Source: the human T2T-CHM13v2.0 reference genome, Homo sapiens. Taken from it: a stretch of DNA of 64,000 nt. The stretch lies in assembly GCF_009914755.1 (NCBI RefSeq), contig NC_060943.1. The stretch is one strand, 5' to 3'. A program made the translations under genes and the position numbers. Every line of letters begins with the position of its first letter. Positions within the stretch are counted from its first letter, which is position 1. This document shows, piece by piece, positions 1 through 21,671 of this stretch. The notes under the pieces are model-generated. The model made no database searches and had not been told where the DNA came from. It saw only the letters and a list, made by a program, of their open reading frames with translations.

Positions 1-748
1 TTCTGTAGGTTGTCTGCTCACTCCGTTGATAGTTTCTTTTGCTGTGCAGAAGCTCTTAAAGTTAATTGGATATCACTTGTCAATTGTTGTTTTTGTTATG
101 ATTGCTTTTGGTGTCTTTGTCATGAAATCTTTGCCCATTCCTGTGTCCAGGATGGTATTGCCTAAGTTGTCTTCCAAGGTTTTTATAGTTTGGGGTTTTA
201 CACTGAAGTCTTTAATCCATCTTGAGTTGATTTTTGTATATGGTATAAGGAAGGGGTCCAGCTTCAATCTTCTGCATGTGGCTAGCTGGTTATCCAGCAC
301 GGTTTATGAAATAGGGAGTCTTTTCCCCATTGCTTGTTTTTGTCAGCTTTGTCAAAGATCAGTTGGTTGTAGATGCACGGCCTTATTTCTGGGCTGACTA
401 TTCTGTTCCATTGGTCTTTGTGCCTGTTTTTGTACCAGTACCATGTTGTTTTGGTTACTGTAGCCTTGTGGTATAGTTTGAAGTTGGATAACTTGATGCC
501 TCCAGCTTTGTTCTTTTTGCTCAGGATTGCCTTGGCTATTTAGGCTCTTTTTTGATTGCATATGAATTTTAAAATAGTTTTTTCTAGTTCTGCAAAGAAC
601 GTCATTAGGATTAGCTTTCAATCTGTAAATTCTTTGGGCAGTATGGTCATTTTAATTATATCGATTCTTCTTATCCGTGAGCATGGGATGTTTTTCTGTT
701 TGTGTCTTCTCTGATTTCTTTGAGCAGTGGTTTGTAATTCTCACTAGA
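1..748 (-). mobile_element. LINE-1 fragment (ORF2 3' region) in a ZNF766 intron, running off the window start
   Basis: ORF 73..300(-) reads [20 protein letters not shown]...[21 protein letters not shown], typical of L1 ORF2. It is absent at the paralogous ZNF480 position (~32340). Confidence 0.92.
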
Positions 749-965
749 GAATAAATTTTAATGGACAAAGCAATGGGTTAGTGCAGTAGTATAAGCCTAT
801 AATTTGAGCTTCTTGGGAGGCTGAGATGGTAGGATCTCTTGAGTTTGAGACCACCCTGGGCAACATAGTAAGACCTCACATAAATTTTAAAACATATTAT
901 ATTTATATATTTGAAAATAGGTATTTGTGACTGGAGTTCAAGTTTCTATGTTTTTTTTTTCATGA

Positions 966-1142
<177 letters not shown>

Positions 1143-1725
1143 TAGCTAATTTTTGCATTTTTAGCAGAGACGGGGTTTCACCATGTTGGCCAGGCTGGTC
1201 TCGAACTCCTCACCTCAGGTGATCCGCCCGCCTCAGCCTCCCAAAGTGTTGGGATTACAGGCGTGAGCCACCGCTCCCAGCTGGTCTACTTTTTTTAAAT
1301 AGCTTAATATACAATAATGTTTATAAACTAAACTGAGTACTATTTATACATTTTTATTGTTGCAAAGATGCTGAAATACACATTAGCAAAAATAATAATG
1401 ACTGCCAGGCAGTATGTGCACCGTTAGCCCCAGTTTCTTGGGAGGCTGAGGAGGGAGGATCATTTGAGATCAGGAGTTCAAGGCTGTACTGTGCTATGAT
1501 TACTCACTGTACCCCAACCTGGACAACATAGCAAGACCCAGTCTCTAAGAATTTTTTTTAAAAAAGATGACAAATACCATCTAAAAAATAGGTCATTGAG
1601 AGACAACTCCTTATTTCATCTGATGTGTAAATTGTATATGTGTATTACTTTATAAACTAAGTGTGTGTAAGTGTATACATGTGATGTGTTTGCATGAGTG
1701 CATGGATAAGCAAGCCTATAGTTAA

Positions 1726-2354
<629 letters not shown>

Positions 2355-2404
2355 TTATATTTTGAACAGTTGAAATTACATCTGAAATACTTGCCATGAC
2401 CTTA

Positions 2405-2701
<297 letters not shown>

Positions 2702-2983
2702 TCAATAAAAAAAAATGTGTTCTACACTATCACGTTAATAAGTTAATGGGAGTAAGAATAGTAATGTATTATGAGGAGGATACATGTGTATGCATATAGA
2801 ATGACCTTTTACGCAGATTCAGATTTTTGTCCATGAACTTAACTTTACTCAGTTAGGTAATTGTCAGTTTACTTTTAATGCTGATCTGTTACTTAACTGC
2901 TTGATTCTTTAGGTTTGATTCTAATGCCCAGACACAAAATTAACCCACAATTCTATAGAAGTGTTAGGTATTATGTTCGACAC

Positions 2984-3080
2984 ACCAAGTGATATTCATT
3001 GTCTACCTGAGCTAGAATACAAGTAGTTGGCGTCTTCAGAGACACTTGTATGCTAGCTCAGGTAGATATTGAATGAAAAA
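2984..3080 (+). ncRNA. MIR643: Pre-miRNA hairpin miR-643 (mature approx. 3044-3065, ACTTGTATGCTAGCTCAGGTAG), intronic in ZNF766
   Basis: Long imperfect inverted repeat: ATTCATTGTCTACCTGAGCTAGAATACAAGT pairs with ACTTGTATGCTAGCTCAGGTAGATATTGAAT. It matches my recollection of hsa-mir-643 and its host gene. Confidence 0.9.
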
Positions 3081-3297
3081 TCTACACTAGTTTAAAGAAT
3101 ATCATAACTTTTTATGGAAAAGTATAATAAAACTCAATCACAGACACATAACTAGCTCAAAAATACCTTAATGTGGATATGTCAGAATGTTCACGTCAGC
3201 ACTTCAGTTGAGTCAGTCCTTACAACCCTCTTCTCATTTCGTGTGAACATAATTACTCTCTCCTTACCCTGTTGGTCAAATACATCTTTTATTTTAG

Positions 3298-3462
<165 letters not shown>

Positions 3463-3712
3463 TAGTATCTCTGCATTTTCCCTTGTGTGCCTCTTGGGAG
3501 CCCCTGCATTGCTTGACTGAGATTGAAACCCTGTTGACTTGGCTGGGCACGGTGGCTCATGCCTGTAATCCCAGCACTTTGGGAGGCTGAGGTGGGTGGA
3601 TTGCTTGAGGTCAGGAGTTCGAGACCAACCTGACCAAAATGATAAAACCCCATCTGTACTAAAAATACAAAAATTAGCCAGGTGTCACAGTGCATGCCTG
3701 TAATCTCAGCTA

Positions 3713-3898
<186 letters not shown>

Positions 3899-4471
3899 TC
3901 AGACATTCTGTATCCTTCATGATACACCTTTGGGTGGTACCTGGGCTTAAGTGTGCATAAAACCTTATGACAAACTTTTAAAATATCCAGTTCCCTGTTT
4001 TCTACCCCTGTGCTTTTGATTCTATAGTTCTTGGAAGAGAGTTCGATGTCCAATTATTACACAGTTCCCTACGCATTCAGAAGCAGACAGTCTGTGGGTG
4101 AATTTGTGAAATGTTTTTCTTGAATTCTTGATTAGTTTTTTTATTTATTTATAGTAGAATGACTTATAATCCTTTGAGTATATACCCAGTAATGCGATTG
4201 CTGGGTCAAATGGTATTTCTGGTTCTAGATCCTTGAGGAATCGCCGCACTGTCTTCCACATGGTTGAACTAATTTACACTCCCACCAACAGTGTAAAAGT
4301 GTTCCTGTTTCTCCACAGTGTCTCCAGCATCTGTTGCTTGCTGACTTTTTCATGATCGCCATTCTAACTGGCTTTAAAGGATTAATTTTTAATATCATCT
4401 CTGCTGCCTAAACAGAGGGCTTGGATTTTGGAGACATCACAGCACATCTTGATTCTTTCTTTTATAAACAG

Positions 4472-4600
4472 GAATCTGTCTTCCTGACCTGAGTATTATC
4501 TCCATGATGAAGCAAAGGACAGAGCCCTGGACTGTGGAGAATGAAATGAAAGTAGCAAAAAATCCAGATAGGTGGGAAGGTATCAAAGATATCAACACAG
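4472..4600 (+). CDS. ZNF766: ZNF766 KRAB-B exon (129 bp)
   Basis: AAACAG acceptor and GTAAGA donor. Translates (G)[42 protein letters not shown], phase-compatible with the flanking exons. Confidence 0.93.
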
Positions 4601-4841
4601 GTAAGAGCTCAGATGGACAGAGTGAAAGCCACACTTTTTTTTTTTTTTTTGAGACAGTCTCTGTTCCCCACACTGGAGTGCATTGGCCATCATAGCTCAC
4701 TGCAGCTTTGAACTCCTGGGCTTCAACAGTCCTCCTGCTTTGGCCTCCCAAAGTGATGTGATTATAGGCATGTGCCCCTTGCCTACCAGAGCCACACTAT
4801 TAAATCGTGTTTATAAGTGGGAGAATTGTGTGGAGAAATAA

Positions 4842-5159
<318 letters not shown>

Positions 5160-5639
5160 TGATCCGCCCGCCTTGGCCTCCGAAAGTGCTGGGATTATGG
5201 TGTCAGCCACCGCGCCCAGCCCACGCTGTCGTTTAGATGTGTAATAGTTTTATGTTTTTGCCCTGCAGTGTTACTGCAGCCCAAACAGAGGCAAAAGCAA
5301 AGGCTTTTATCATGATGGACAATACCCTGTCATGTGGCTTCTGTCAACTCTTTAGTCCTTGATTCTGAGGGTCACAGAGAGCGCTGCTTCAAAGGAGTCC
5401 CTTTTCCCTGTGGTCTCTTCCTGTATGGGATTTTATCTGATGCTCAGTTCTCTGTCCTTATACATCAGAGCTGAGGTCTGCATAGACCTGCCTCCTTGAC
5501 CTATTCATGATCTGCCCATTTCCTGTACTGGGAAGACCTGATGGGGAGATGGGAAAACACAGGCTGCTGTCTTTTGCATCTGGGTCCTGGAAACTGCATG
5601 GAGCTGTTTCAAGCCCTCTTTGCCTGTTCAGTTCTGTTT

Positions 5640-7151
5640 GAGGTGGGAAAAAGTCAGTGATTTTCCTACTCTCACATGCTACTTGGCACAGAATGCTTCA
5701 TTTCTGGTCACCAAAATGTGTGGAGATTTCTCCCCACCAGCAACCAGTTTTGGGGTTTCCTGCAATTCATTGGTGACACTATCTACCTGAGTTAGAGTCG
5801 CGTCCCACAGGCTAAGGGTTGAGTTCCCAAGCCTGTCCGCCACCAATTGCCAGTAGCGGGTTGTCACCTTTCCATCTGACCAACCAGCCACAAGTCAGGG
5901 TTCCCTCGACCCCCTTCTTCTGTTTGGTTACTTTGCTAGGGTGGCTTACAGAACTCAGTGAAACACTTCGTTATGTTTATTGGTTCATGAGGAAGGATGT
6001 TTCCAAGGATACAGATGGACAGCCAGATGAGGAGATTCACAAGGCGAGGCACATGGGAAGATTCACTGGGTGTGCCGCCCTTGAGGCCCACCGCACGTGT
6101 TCAGCATGTGGAAGCTCTCAGGAACTTTTATGGAGGCTTCATTACTTAGGCATGATTGGTATTAACTCAGTCTCCAGCCCCTGTACCCTTCCTGGAGGAT
6201 GGTGGTTGGTGCTGACAATTCTGTGCTTCTAACCATGGCCTGGTCTTTCTGGGCTTTCTATACCTGCAGATATAGAAACCATGGATATGAAGGCCAATAG
6301 TAAGGGACTTGAGCATCACACATTTTGGTATCTCAGGGTTTTTTAGCACAAAACTCGCAAACCATGTTTTTCCTCTGCTCTCACACCACCACGACAATTA
6401 TCAACACAGAAGAAGACTTCTCTGACCAAAGGTGTGGGGGGTTTTCCCCATACACCAAGCAGCAGACAGCAGCTGGGTGTCCTCCAACTCACTTCCAACA
6501 CTGTATCTGGAGATAGGGCCAGGTCCCACAGGTTTAGGGCTCAGTCTCCAAGACTTGCCCCCCTTCCTACCAGTTGCAAGTCTGGGTCTCCAAACTTCTG
6601 ACCAACTGGCTTCCAGTTGAGGTTTCCACAATCCCATCTTTGGGCCCAATTAGTTTGCTAGAGCAGCTCACAGAAGTCACAGAAACACTCAGGTTTACCG
6701 GTTTATTATGAAGGATATTGCAAGGGTACAGATGAAGAGACATGTGGGACAGGTATGGGGGAAGGACTGTGGAGCTTCCAAGCCCTCCCTGGGCGTGCCA
6801 CTCTCCAGGAAGCCGCCATGTGTTCAGACATCCTGAAGCTCTTGGAACCCAGTCCTCTTGGGTTTTCATGGAAGCTTTGTGACATCAGCATTCCTTCCCC
6901 CAGGGTATACAGCAGGAACCTCTCTGGGGAGGTCTTAAGACCCGCAATCAGAAAGGTAGGGGGAAAGTTAGAGTCCTGCCTTAGGGCAGGTGAAAGAAGA
7001 GGAGGAGAAGGTTGGAGAGGTTATTTTTCTTAAGGTCTGCAGAGAAGGTCTAACCCAACATTATACCCAAAGACTGTAGCAAGGGCTATGGGAGTTATGA
7101 GCCAGGAACTGTGGACAAAAACCAAGGTATATGTGTATCATAACACCACAC
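5640..7151 (-). mobile_element. Two adjacent MER21-family LTR-type elements (approx. 5640-6250 and 6330-7151)
   Basis: Shared motifs GACACTATCTACCTG..TCCCACAGG..GGGCTCAG..TCACAGAACTCAG. The end TATCATAACACCACA resembles a reverse-complemented MER21 start. Family assigned from memory. Confidence 0.6.
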
Positions 7152-7379
7152 AGAGGAGCCTGGAACGTGTCCTCCCTGGATACCAAGGGAGGGATTCTGA
7201 ATCGAAATAATGGATGTGCACCCAGTCAGTAATCAATGAAAGAGAGTTAATAAGCACAAGTGGGTACCACTGCATTTAAATGATATAAGACCAGAGAGTC
7301 AAGAAAGACCTGGATCCCGGAAGAGCTCAATTAAAAAAAAAAAAAGAAAGAAAGAAAGAATCCAAGTGGGCTTTTCCCC

Positions 7380-9572
<2,193 letters not shown>

Positions 9573-9792
9573 TAGTTATTTAGTTTTTAAGAGATAGGGT
9601 CTCACTGTGTCACTTAGGCTGGAGTGCAGCAGCATGATCATAGATCCTGGAATCCAGTGATGATCTCACTTTAGCCTCCTGCGTAGTTGGGACTACAAGC
9701 ACACGACACTGTGCCTCACTAATTAAAACTAATTTATTTTATTTTATTTATTTATTTTGTTTAGAGATAAGGGGTCTCACTTTGTTGCCTAG

Positions 9793-9999
<207 letters not shown>

Positions 10000-10052
10000 T
10001 AATTTTCCTTTTATTTTATTTTTATTTATTTACTTTTATTTATTTATTTTGA

Positions 10053-10163
<111 letters not shown>

Positions 10164-10394
10164 TAGCTGGGATTACAGGCGCACGCCACCACACCTGGCT
10201 AATTTTTTTTATTTTTTTATTTTTAGTAGAGATAGGGTTTCACCATGTTGATCAGGCTGGTCTTGAGCTCCTCACCTCATGATCCACCCACCTTGACCTC
10301 CCAAAGTGCTGGGATTACAGGCGTGAGCCACCGCATGTGGTTTTTTTTTTTTTTTGAAACGGATTCTCATTCTGTCACTCAGGCTAGAGTTTAA

Positions 10395-10565
<171 letters not shown>

Positions 10566-10907
10566 TGACCTCAAGTGATCCGCCCACCTCGCCCTCCCAA
10601 AGTGCTGGGATTACAGCCACCACACCTGGCCTATGCAGCTGCTCATAAGTGTCTTATTTTCCCTAAGAGACTCATCCTGCTTTTTCTTAGAAGCTTTCAA
10701 TTTCTGTTGTATTTCTCTACTCATAATCCCTCTCAAACTCACCTGTAATCCTCCTGAGTCCTGTAGATTCCCCATTGCTCCATTGCATCACCCTACCTTT
10801 TGGGTTTTCTCCACTGCCAGTGTGATACTATGCTGATATTTCTTCCAGTGTCTGAATCAGATGAGGCAGATTCCAGTTCCTCCATCAGGGTCTATACATG
10901 CCAGAGT

Positions 10908-12385
<1,478 letters not shown>

Positions 12386-12565
12386 GTTTGGCAAACTCTA
12401 TCATAAGTTCTAGCAGTAATCAACATCCGAGAGTCTATACTAGAAAGAAATCATTTAAATGTACTATATGTGGCACAGGCTGTATCGAGACCTACCAAAT
12501 CACTAGACATCGAAACATTCATCTTTGGTGAAACCACACAAATGGATTGTGTGTGCCAAGGCCAA
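12386..12565 (+). pseudogene. Decayed zinc-finger repeats in the ZNF766 3' UTR
   Basis: TACTAGAAAGAAATCATTTAAATGTACTATATGTGGC and GAAACCACACAAATGGATTGTGTGTGCCAAGG are degenerate linker/CxxC units. Confidence 0.75.
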
Positions 12566-12782
12566 CAAGTCAAAATATGTTGAACCTAATGATATGATGT
12601 GTATAAAGGGTGCAAGGACACGTGGAAATGATCTGTAATATTCGGGTTATTAAAAATGTAATTGGCTGGGCGCAGTGGCTCACACCTGTAATCCTAGCAC
12701 TTTGGGAGGTTGAGGCAGGTGGATCACAAGGTCAGGAGTTTGAGACCAGCCTGGCCAATATGGTGAAACACCATATCTACTA

Positions 12783-12995
<213 letters not shown>

Positions 12996-13884
12996 TCATG
13001 CCTATAATCTCAGCACAATAGAAAGCCAAGACAGGAGGGTCACTTGATGCCTGGAGATCAAGATAAGTATGGGCAACGTAGCAAGGCCCATCCCTACAAA
13101 ATAAAAAAAATAAGCCAGGCCCTTGGCATGTGTCTGTAGTTCCAGCTACTCAAGAGGCCGAGGCAAGAGGATTGCTCAAGCCCAGGAGTTTGAGAGTTTG
13201 AGCAGTGAGCTCTGATCTTGCCATTTGTACTCCAGCTTGGGTGACAGAGCGAGACCCTGTCTCAAAAGAAAAAAAAGGCTAGTTTTTATGACTTCAACCT
13301 GAACTTTGAAATTTCTTCATGTGCCTTCCCTACAGGCCTTTCACTGTGGTCTGGGAAAGAATCAGTAAGATGACAGGGCTGACTTCATTAGATGAGGAGC
13401 GTTTCTATCCAGTTTCCTGGAGGAATAAGGACACTGCCTTTTCAGATTAAAGATTGTCTGATTTAGAGACCATGGAGGTGGACAGAGAATAACAAAACCG
13501 TGATGGCAGTCATCATGCTTATTGCAGTTAGCACACACTTTTCCTGACAGGCACAGTGCTGCTGTGCTCTACAAATGACCATGAAATAGAGCACGCCATG
13601 ACTTTAGGACACAGGAATTTTTATGGGAAGAGAGTTCATCAGGGACTGATTACGTAGGAGAGACGATGCAGGGGAAATGGTGGCCACCGTCTCCATTGAA
13701 TAGCAATAGCTGCTGTTTAGCAAAGACTGATTAAAAAGTACTCTGATTTTTCAAATGGAAGAGAGAACAGTTAAATCAGAGTAGAGAGTTTAATCAAAAC
13801 TACCAGTGGAACATGTTCTTGAGTAGGATTCACATTTAACTGCTGGCATAATTTGCAACTGTTGGATTTTCTCATGTTTGGAAC

Positions 13885-13890
13885 AATAAA
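13885..13890 (+). terminator. Probable ZNF766 poly(A) signal
   Basis: AATAAA in unique sequence about 1.5 kb after the stop, followed by GT/T-rich sequence. Confidence 0.55.
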
Positions 13891-14019
13891 GTTGAAATTT
13901 TCCAAAGTGTGAATGATTTACCTTCTTTCTACCAATATTGTTTTATCTCGTCTCAGGAGGATACTTTATAGCAGACAATAATAAGGCACCATTAGGATTT
14001 TTAAATTAATTTATTTTTA

Positions 14020-14519
<500 letters not shown>

Positions 14520-14827
14520 TAATTTTTTTGTATTTTTAGTAGAGATGGGGTTTCACCATGTTGGCCAGGCCGGTCTCGAAGTCCTGACCTCGGGTGATCC
14601 AGCCATCTCGGGTTCCCGAAGTGCTAAGATTACAGGCATGAGCCACGGCGCCTGGCCAGGATTTTTAAGGTTGAAGCATCCACAACAATTTTGTGTGTGA
14701 AATGAAATGACATGCACTTTTGGGTATATACACTTGGGTAAGTATGATTTTGGGTAATAATACTTAGTACTTAAGTTATTCTCTCTACTCTTTGTTTTTG
14801 TTTTTTGTTTGTTTTGTTTTGTTTTGA

Positions 14828-15147
<320 letters not shown>

Positions 15148-16142
15148 TGAAAATCACATAACAGTGCAGCTTCATCATCATATGCCCTCAATGTTCATCA
15201 CTGTTGATAAACATGCACTGTATTATGTTTCTGTGTGCCTTTTTCTTGTGTGCCAAGTAAGACCCATGGCAGGCACCTTCATTTTCAGGAAGCGAAAATA
15301 CAGATACAGTAATATGGAAAATAGGACAAAGTGTGGACTTCAGGATGAAAATATTGTAACAATCTTGCTGTTGACCTCGTAGCGCTCAGTGACATAATTT
15401 GAAAAAATATTAATGTTCAGAAATGTTCTCTTGAGGATGAACACACAGATTGGGAATTTCGTTTTGCTTTGGTAGATTAACTAGAAACTTCACATTTTCA
15501 CCCTTATAACCTTTTTGGTAATTTGAACTTTTGATCATTCTTCTGGAACTGCTTTGACATCCACCTGAAGTTTGGTTTGGGTATTGAGAATGATGATGCC
15601 ATTCACTAATGTGATCTCAAAATGTTTACTCCATAATGAGGCTTTCTGGGGAGAGCAGGGTAGACTTCCCCGGTTGGTCCAAATATGACTAGGGAATCGG
15701 CATAGGTGACTGGCTTGGGGTATGATGATTGTTAAGGGATAGGGCTTGGGCAGGGGTGCCCACTTGTGGTTTGAACTTTCAGCTGGTGCCAAAGGAGTGG
15801 GCACTGAGGATTTTTCAGTTGACCAGATGGGCAGAATAGGAAGAGGGAGTGCAGAGGTGTAAAAGGCGTTGGTGTTCAGACATCACAAAATGCAGTCAAC
15901 TCTAGGACAACTCTAGCTTCCTCTGGAAGCTCCTGCCATCTTGGTTAGGAAAGACTCTGATTTTCTTCATGATAATATCTTACGTTCCTTTTATAGTTAC
16001 AGATACAGGTCTCATTGCACAATATGATTGTTGAAAACACTTGTGAAATTTTTTTAGTAAAATTGCCTAAGATACTTTTTATAGTAGACAATGAAAATTA
16101 GTGTGTGGGTTTATAATAAATATAATGTATTATATAATATGA

Positions 16143-16761
<619 letters not shown>

Positions 16762-16922
16762 TGACAAGAGTATGCACAAGACAATGGCAGGTATAAACGT
16801 TTTATTGTAAATATGAAAAAGGAAAAAATGCTTTCACTATATTAGAGGACTTGAAGTAACGTGAAGTGATTCCAACCCTTTATCTTTATTTTATTTATTT
16901 ATTTTATTATTTATTTTTTTGA

Positions 16923-17192
<270 letters not shown>

Positions 17193-17290
17193 TGAGTTTA
17201 TCAATAAATTGATATTGTATATGTCTCTATCTGGGTGTCTTTGATTTCTTTCATCAGCATTTTGTAGTTTTAAAATCCTGAGAATGTTAA

Positions 17291-17544
<254 letters not shown>

Positions 17545-18230
17545 TGATCCACCTGCCTTGACCTCCCAAAGTGCTGGGATTACAGGTGTGAGCCACCTCG
17601 CCCGGTTAATGCTTTTTTAAAACCAACAATTGGTGACCTAAATTCTCACTGGCCTTAGCCCTCCATGCCCCTGGTGCTGTCACTAGAAAACTCTCTGGAG
17701 CTGAGCACAGGGTTACCTCTGTCCCTCCCGAAAGAACAGGGAATAGAAAAGGAGAGGATTTCTATTCTGCTTTGTGGGCCGTCAGCATGAAATTGCACAT
17801 TCTGCCCAGGCAGGGCTTTGCAGTTCATGTATTAACTTGCGTCGCTTTCACAGACAATCCCAGGGCTTAATTAAATTGCTAAATTTAGTTTTTTATGTAT
17901 TTATTTGAGAGACTGAGTCTCTGTCGCCCAAGCTGGAGTGCAGTGGCCGTCATAACTCAGTGTAAACTCGAACTCCTGGGCTCAAGCGATCCTCCCGCCT
18001 CAGTCTTCGGGGTAGCCGGGACTACAGGTGCCCGACCGCACGGTCGGCTTAAGATTAACTTTAATAGCAGGAATTTTCCTGGATCTAATCATTAGCCGAC
18101 TTTGCTCAGTCCCGGCAAGAGTACAGTTCCGAGACAGCTGAGTTGCTCCAGTCTCCTTGACAGGTCTCCCCGGCAAAACCCGGAAAACAGAGGCACTGGA
18201 AGCGAGGCGGAGGGAAGCGCAAGCCCCACT

Positions 18231-18334
18231 CCGCCCCGCCCCCGCCCCCAGCCCCGCCCCCGCCCCCGCCCCCGCCCCCGCCCCCGCCCCCGCCCCCGCC
18301 CCCGCCCCCGCCCCCGCCCCCGCCCCCGCCCCGC
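18231..18334. repeat. GC hexanucleotide tandem repeat; 12 perfect GCCCCC units at 18256-18327
   Basis: Read directly from the sequence. Confidence 0.97.
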
Positions 18335-18360
18335 TCGGACCCCTCCGCTGCGCGCGCAGT

Positions 18361-18412
18361 TTCCCACAAACCCGGAAGCGGATCGCGTGGAGTGAAGGTC
18401 ACGCCGCGGCGC
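18361..18412 (+). other. ZNF480: ZNF480 non-coding exon 1 (start approximate)
   Basis: Strong donor GC|GTGAGT at 18413, immediately after the ETS motif. Confidence 0.75.
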
Positions 18413-19069
18413 GTGAGTTTCCCTTTGTGTAAATTAATCTGCGCTTCCCAACTCCCCCGCGCTTCTGTACCCGGGATCTGAGGGGCCACACAGACCTTGA
18501 AATCCTCGCACCGCTCCCTCTACCCCGACCAAATTCAGGCGTCTCCGTGAGAGTCAGGCGGTCGCTTCCCTGTGTGTTTAAATCGCTCGGCGGCGGGTCC
18601 TGTCCCCCGTCCTTCTGCCACAGGGCCATGTAGTCACCTCCTGTCGCGGAGTTTTCCTGTTTCAAGTCCTTCAGTGATGCTTACATCCGCCCCGCACAGC
18701 GTAAAGTCCTCCCCCGCTAGGCGGATTCCGGTCTATGCGGTCCCCCAAGCCTCGCCTTTGTTGGCCCTGGAGCACAGCGCTCCAATCTCAATCCAGGAGA
18801 AGCCGCGTCTTCTGCCCAGTGCTGGGATTCTGCAGACGCCACCCATCTCTTGATCCAGACCCTACCTTTACCCTCCTTGATACGGGGCCCCGCTACTCCC
18901 CAGGCCTCCTCTTCCCAGACACCGCTTCTCCTAACCCTGCGTGTGGGGAGGTGACTTACTCTGTCTCTTGACATCCAGTGTTCTTGCGGGCCAAATAACA
19001 CCCCACTGAAAAGGTGTTCTGCTTGTGGACATCGGATCCCAATTCCTTCCATGTGAATGTGTGCAGAAA

Positions 19070-20110
<1,041 letters not shown>

Positions 20111-20389
20111 TGCAGATGAACGGTGAGTTGATTGGATATTATGATTAAGTTGTGACATTGATTTATCTATTTATAATTTGATAATATGAAATATACTTTA
20201 AAAATACAGATGAAAATGGATATGCAAAACTCCTGTCTGTAAGGCTGGTGCATTTTATAATTCTTGGCATCAGACTTTAGCTTCCACTCACATTCCCTAT
20301 TCAGGCACAGGTCAGTGACTTGAGTCATTCAGGTGTGGGTCACCCACTTTCCTTTTCCTGGGATGGGGTAGGGTGTGGGCGAGTGTAAA

Positions 20390-20830
20390 AGATAGCAGGA
20401 AAACCAAAGTGTTTTTCCTACTCTTGCAGTCAACACAATAGTGAACACTCAACACAGAATGCTTCATATCTGATGAACAAAATGTGTGGGGATTTCTTCC
20501 CACCAACAAGCAATTCGTCAGACACCGCCTGGGTGATCCGTAATTTCAGTCAAGTTGACACTGTCTACTTGAAGTTAGCATCAGATCCCACAGGTTGGGG
20601 GCTCAGTTCCACAAGGCTGCCGCTACTTCACGTGCTGGTTGTAAGTTCCTGGTTGGGACCTGAACTTCAACCAAACATCTAAAAATTGAAGATTCCCTTG
20701 ACCCTTTGCTCAGATTTTATTAATTTGTTAGCCTCATTCACAGAACTCAAGGAAGCATTTTGCTTAGTTTTACCCATTTGCTATGAAGAATATTGCAAAA
20801 GATACAGATGACTAGCCCGATGGAAGAACC
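20390..20830 (-). mobile_element. MER21-family LTR fragment (paralog at ~59150-59600)
   Basis: Same motifs as 5640-6250 (CAGAATGCTTC..AAAATGTGTGG..CAGATCCCACAGGTTG..GATACAGATGA). Confidence 0.55.
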
Positions 20831-20837
20831 CTCCTAG

Positions 20838-21377
<540 letters not shown>

Positions 21378-21582
21378 TAGGAGGGGAGCAGGTTCTGAAG
21401 ACGAGTAAAAAACTCACTTGTTGTTCTTCCTGTAGGAGTTTCTTGTCTCTGCATCAACTCTGGTGCAGTGGGCAGCAGAGGACATCTTTCCGCAGGGTGA
21501 GGTCTAACCTGTGTGTGTGATTGTGGCACAGGAAAAGGGTGTGTTGATTCTAAGCCCTAAACAGCATATTTTTGACATTTAG

Positions 21583-21671
21583 GATTGACTTCTAAAGAGT
21601 CATGCTGTGATGAAAAAGCCCAGAAGAGAAGGAAGAGGAAAGCAAAGGAGTCAGGGATGGCTCTTCCTCAG
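21583..21671 (+). CDS. ZNF480: ZNF480 exon 2; in this allele the in-frame CDS starts at ATG 21657 (MALPQ)
   Basis: TTTAG acceptor and CAG|GTGAG donor. ATGGCTCTTCCTCAG is the family-typical start, in frame with KRAB-A. The upstream ATG at 21602 reads ATG CTG TGA. Confidence 0.88.

Larger units (their letters stand above)
18100..18900 (+). promoter_or_regulatory. ZNF480: CpG-island promoter of ZNF480
   Basis: High CpG density, GC-box array, palindrome CTGCGCGCGCAG (18348-18359, NRF1-like) and ETS motif CCGGAAG (18372-18378). Conserved in the paralog at ~57450. Confidence 0.88.

Noticed and set aside
18092-18489. Poly-GR/PR/PA/G ORFs as protein-coding genes
   Set aside because: They are open only because the GC repeat lacks stops, and the starts checked are TTG/GTG. 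Kept only as a RAN-translation hypothesis.
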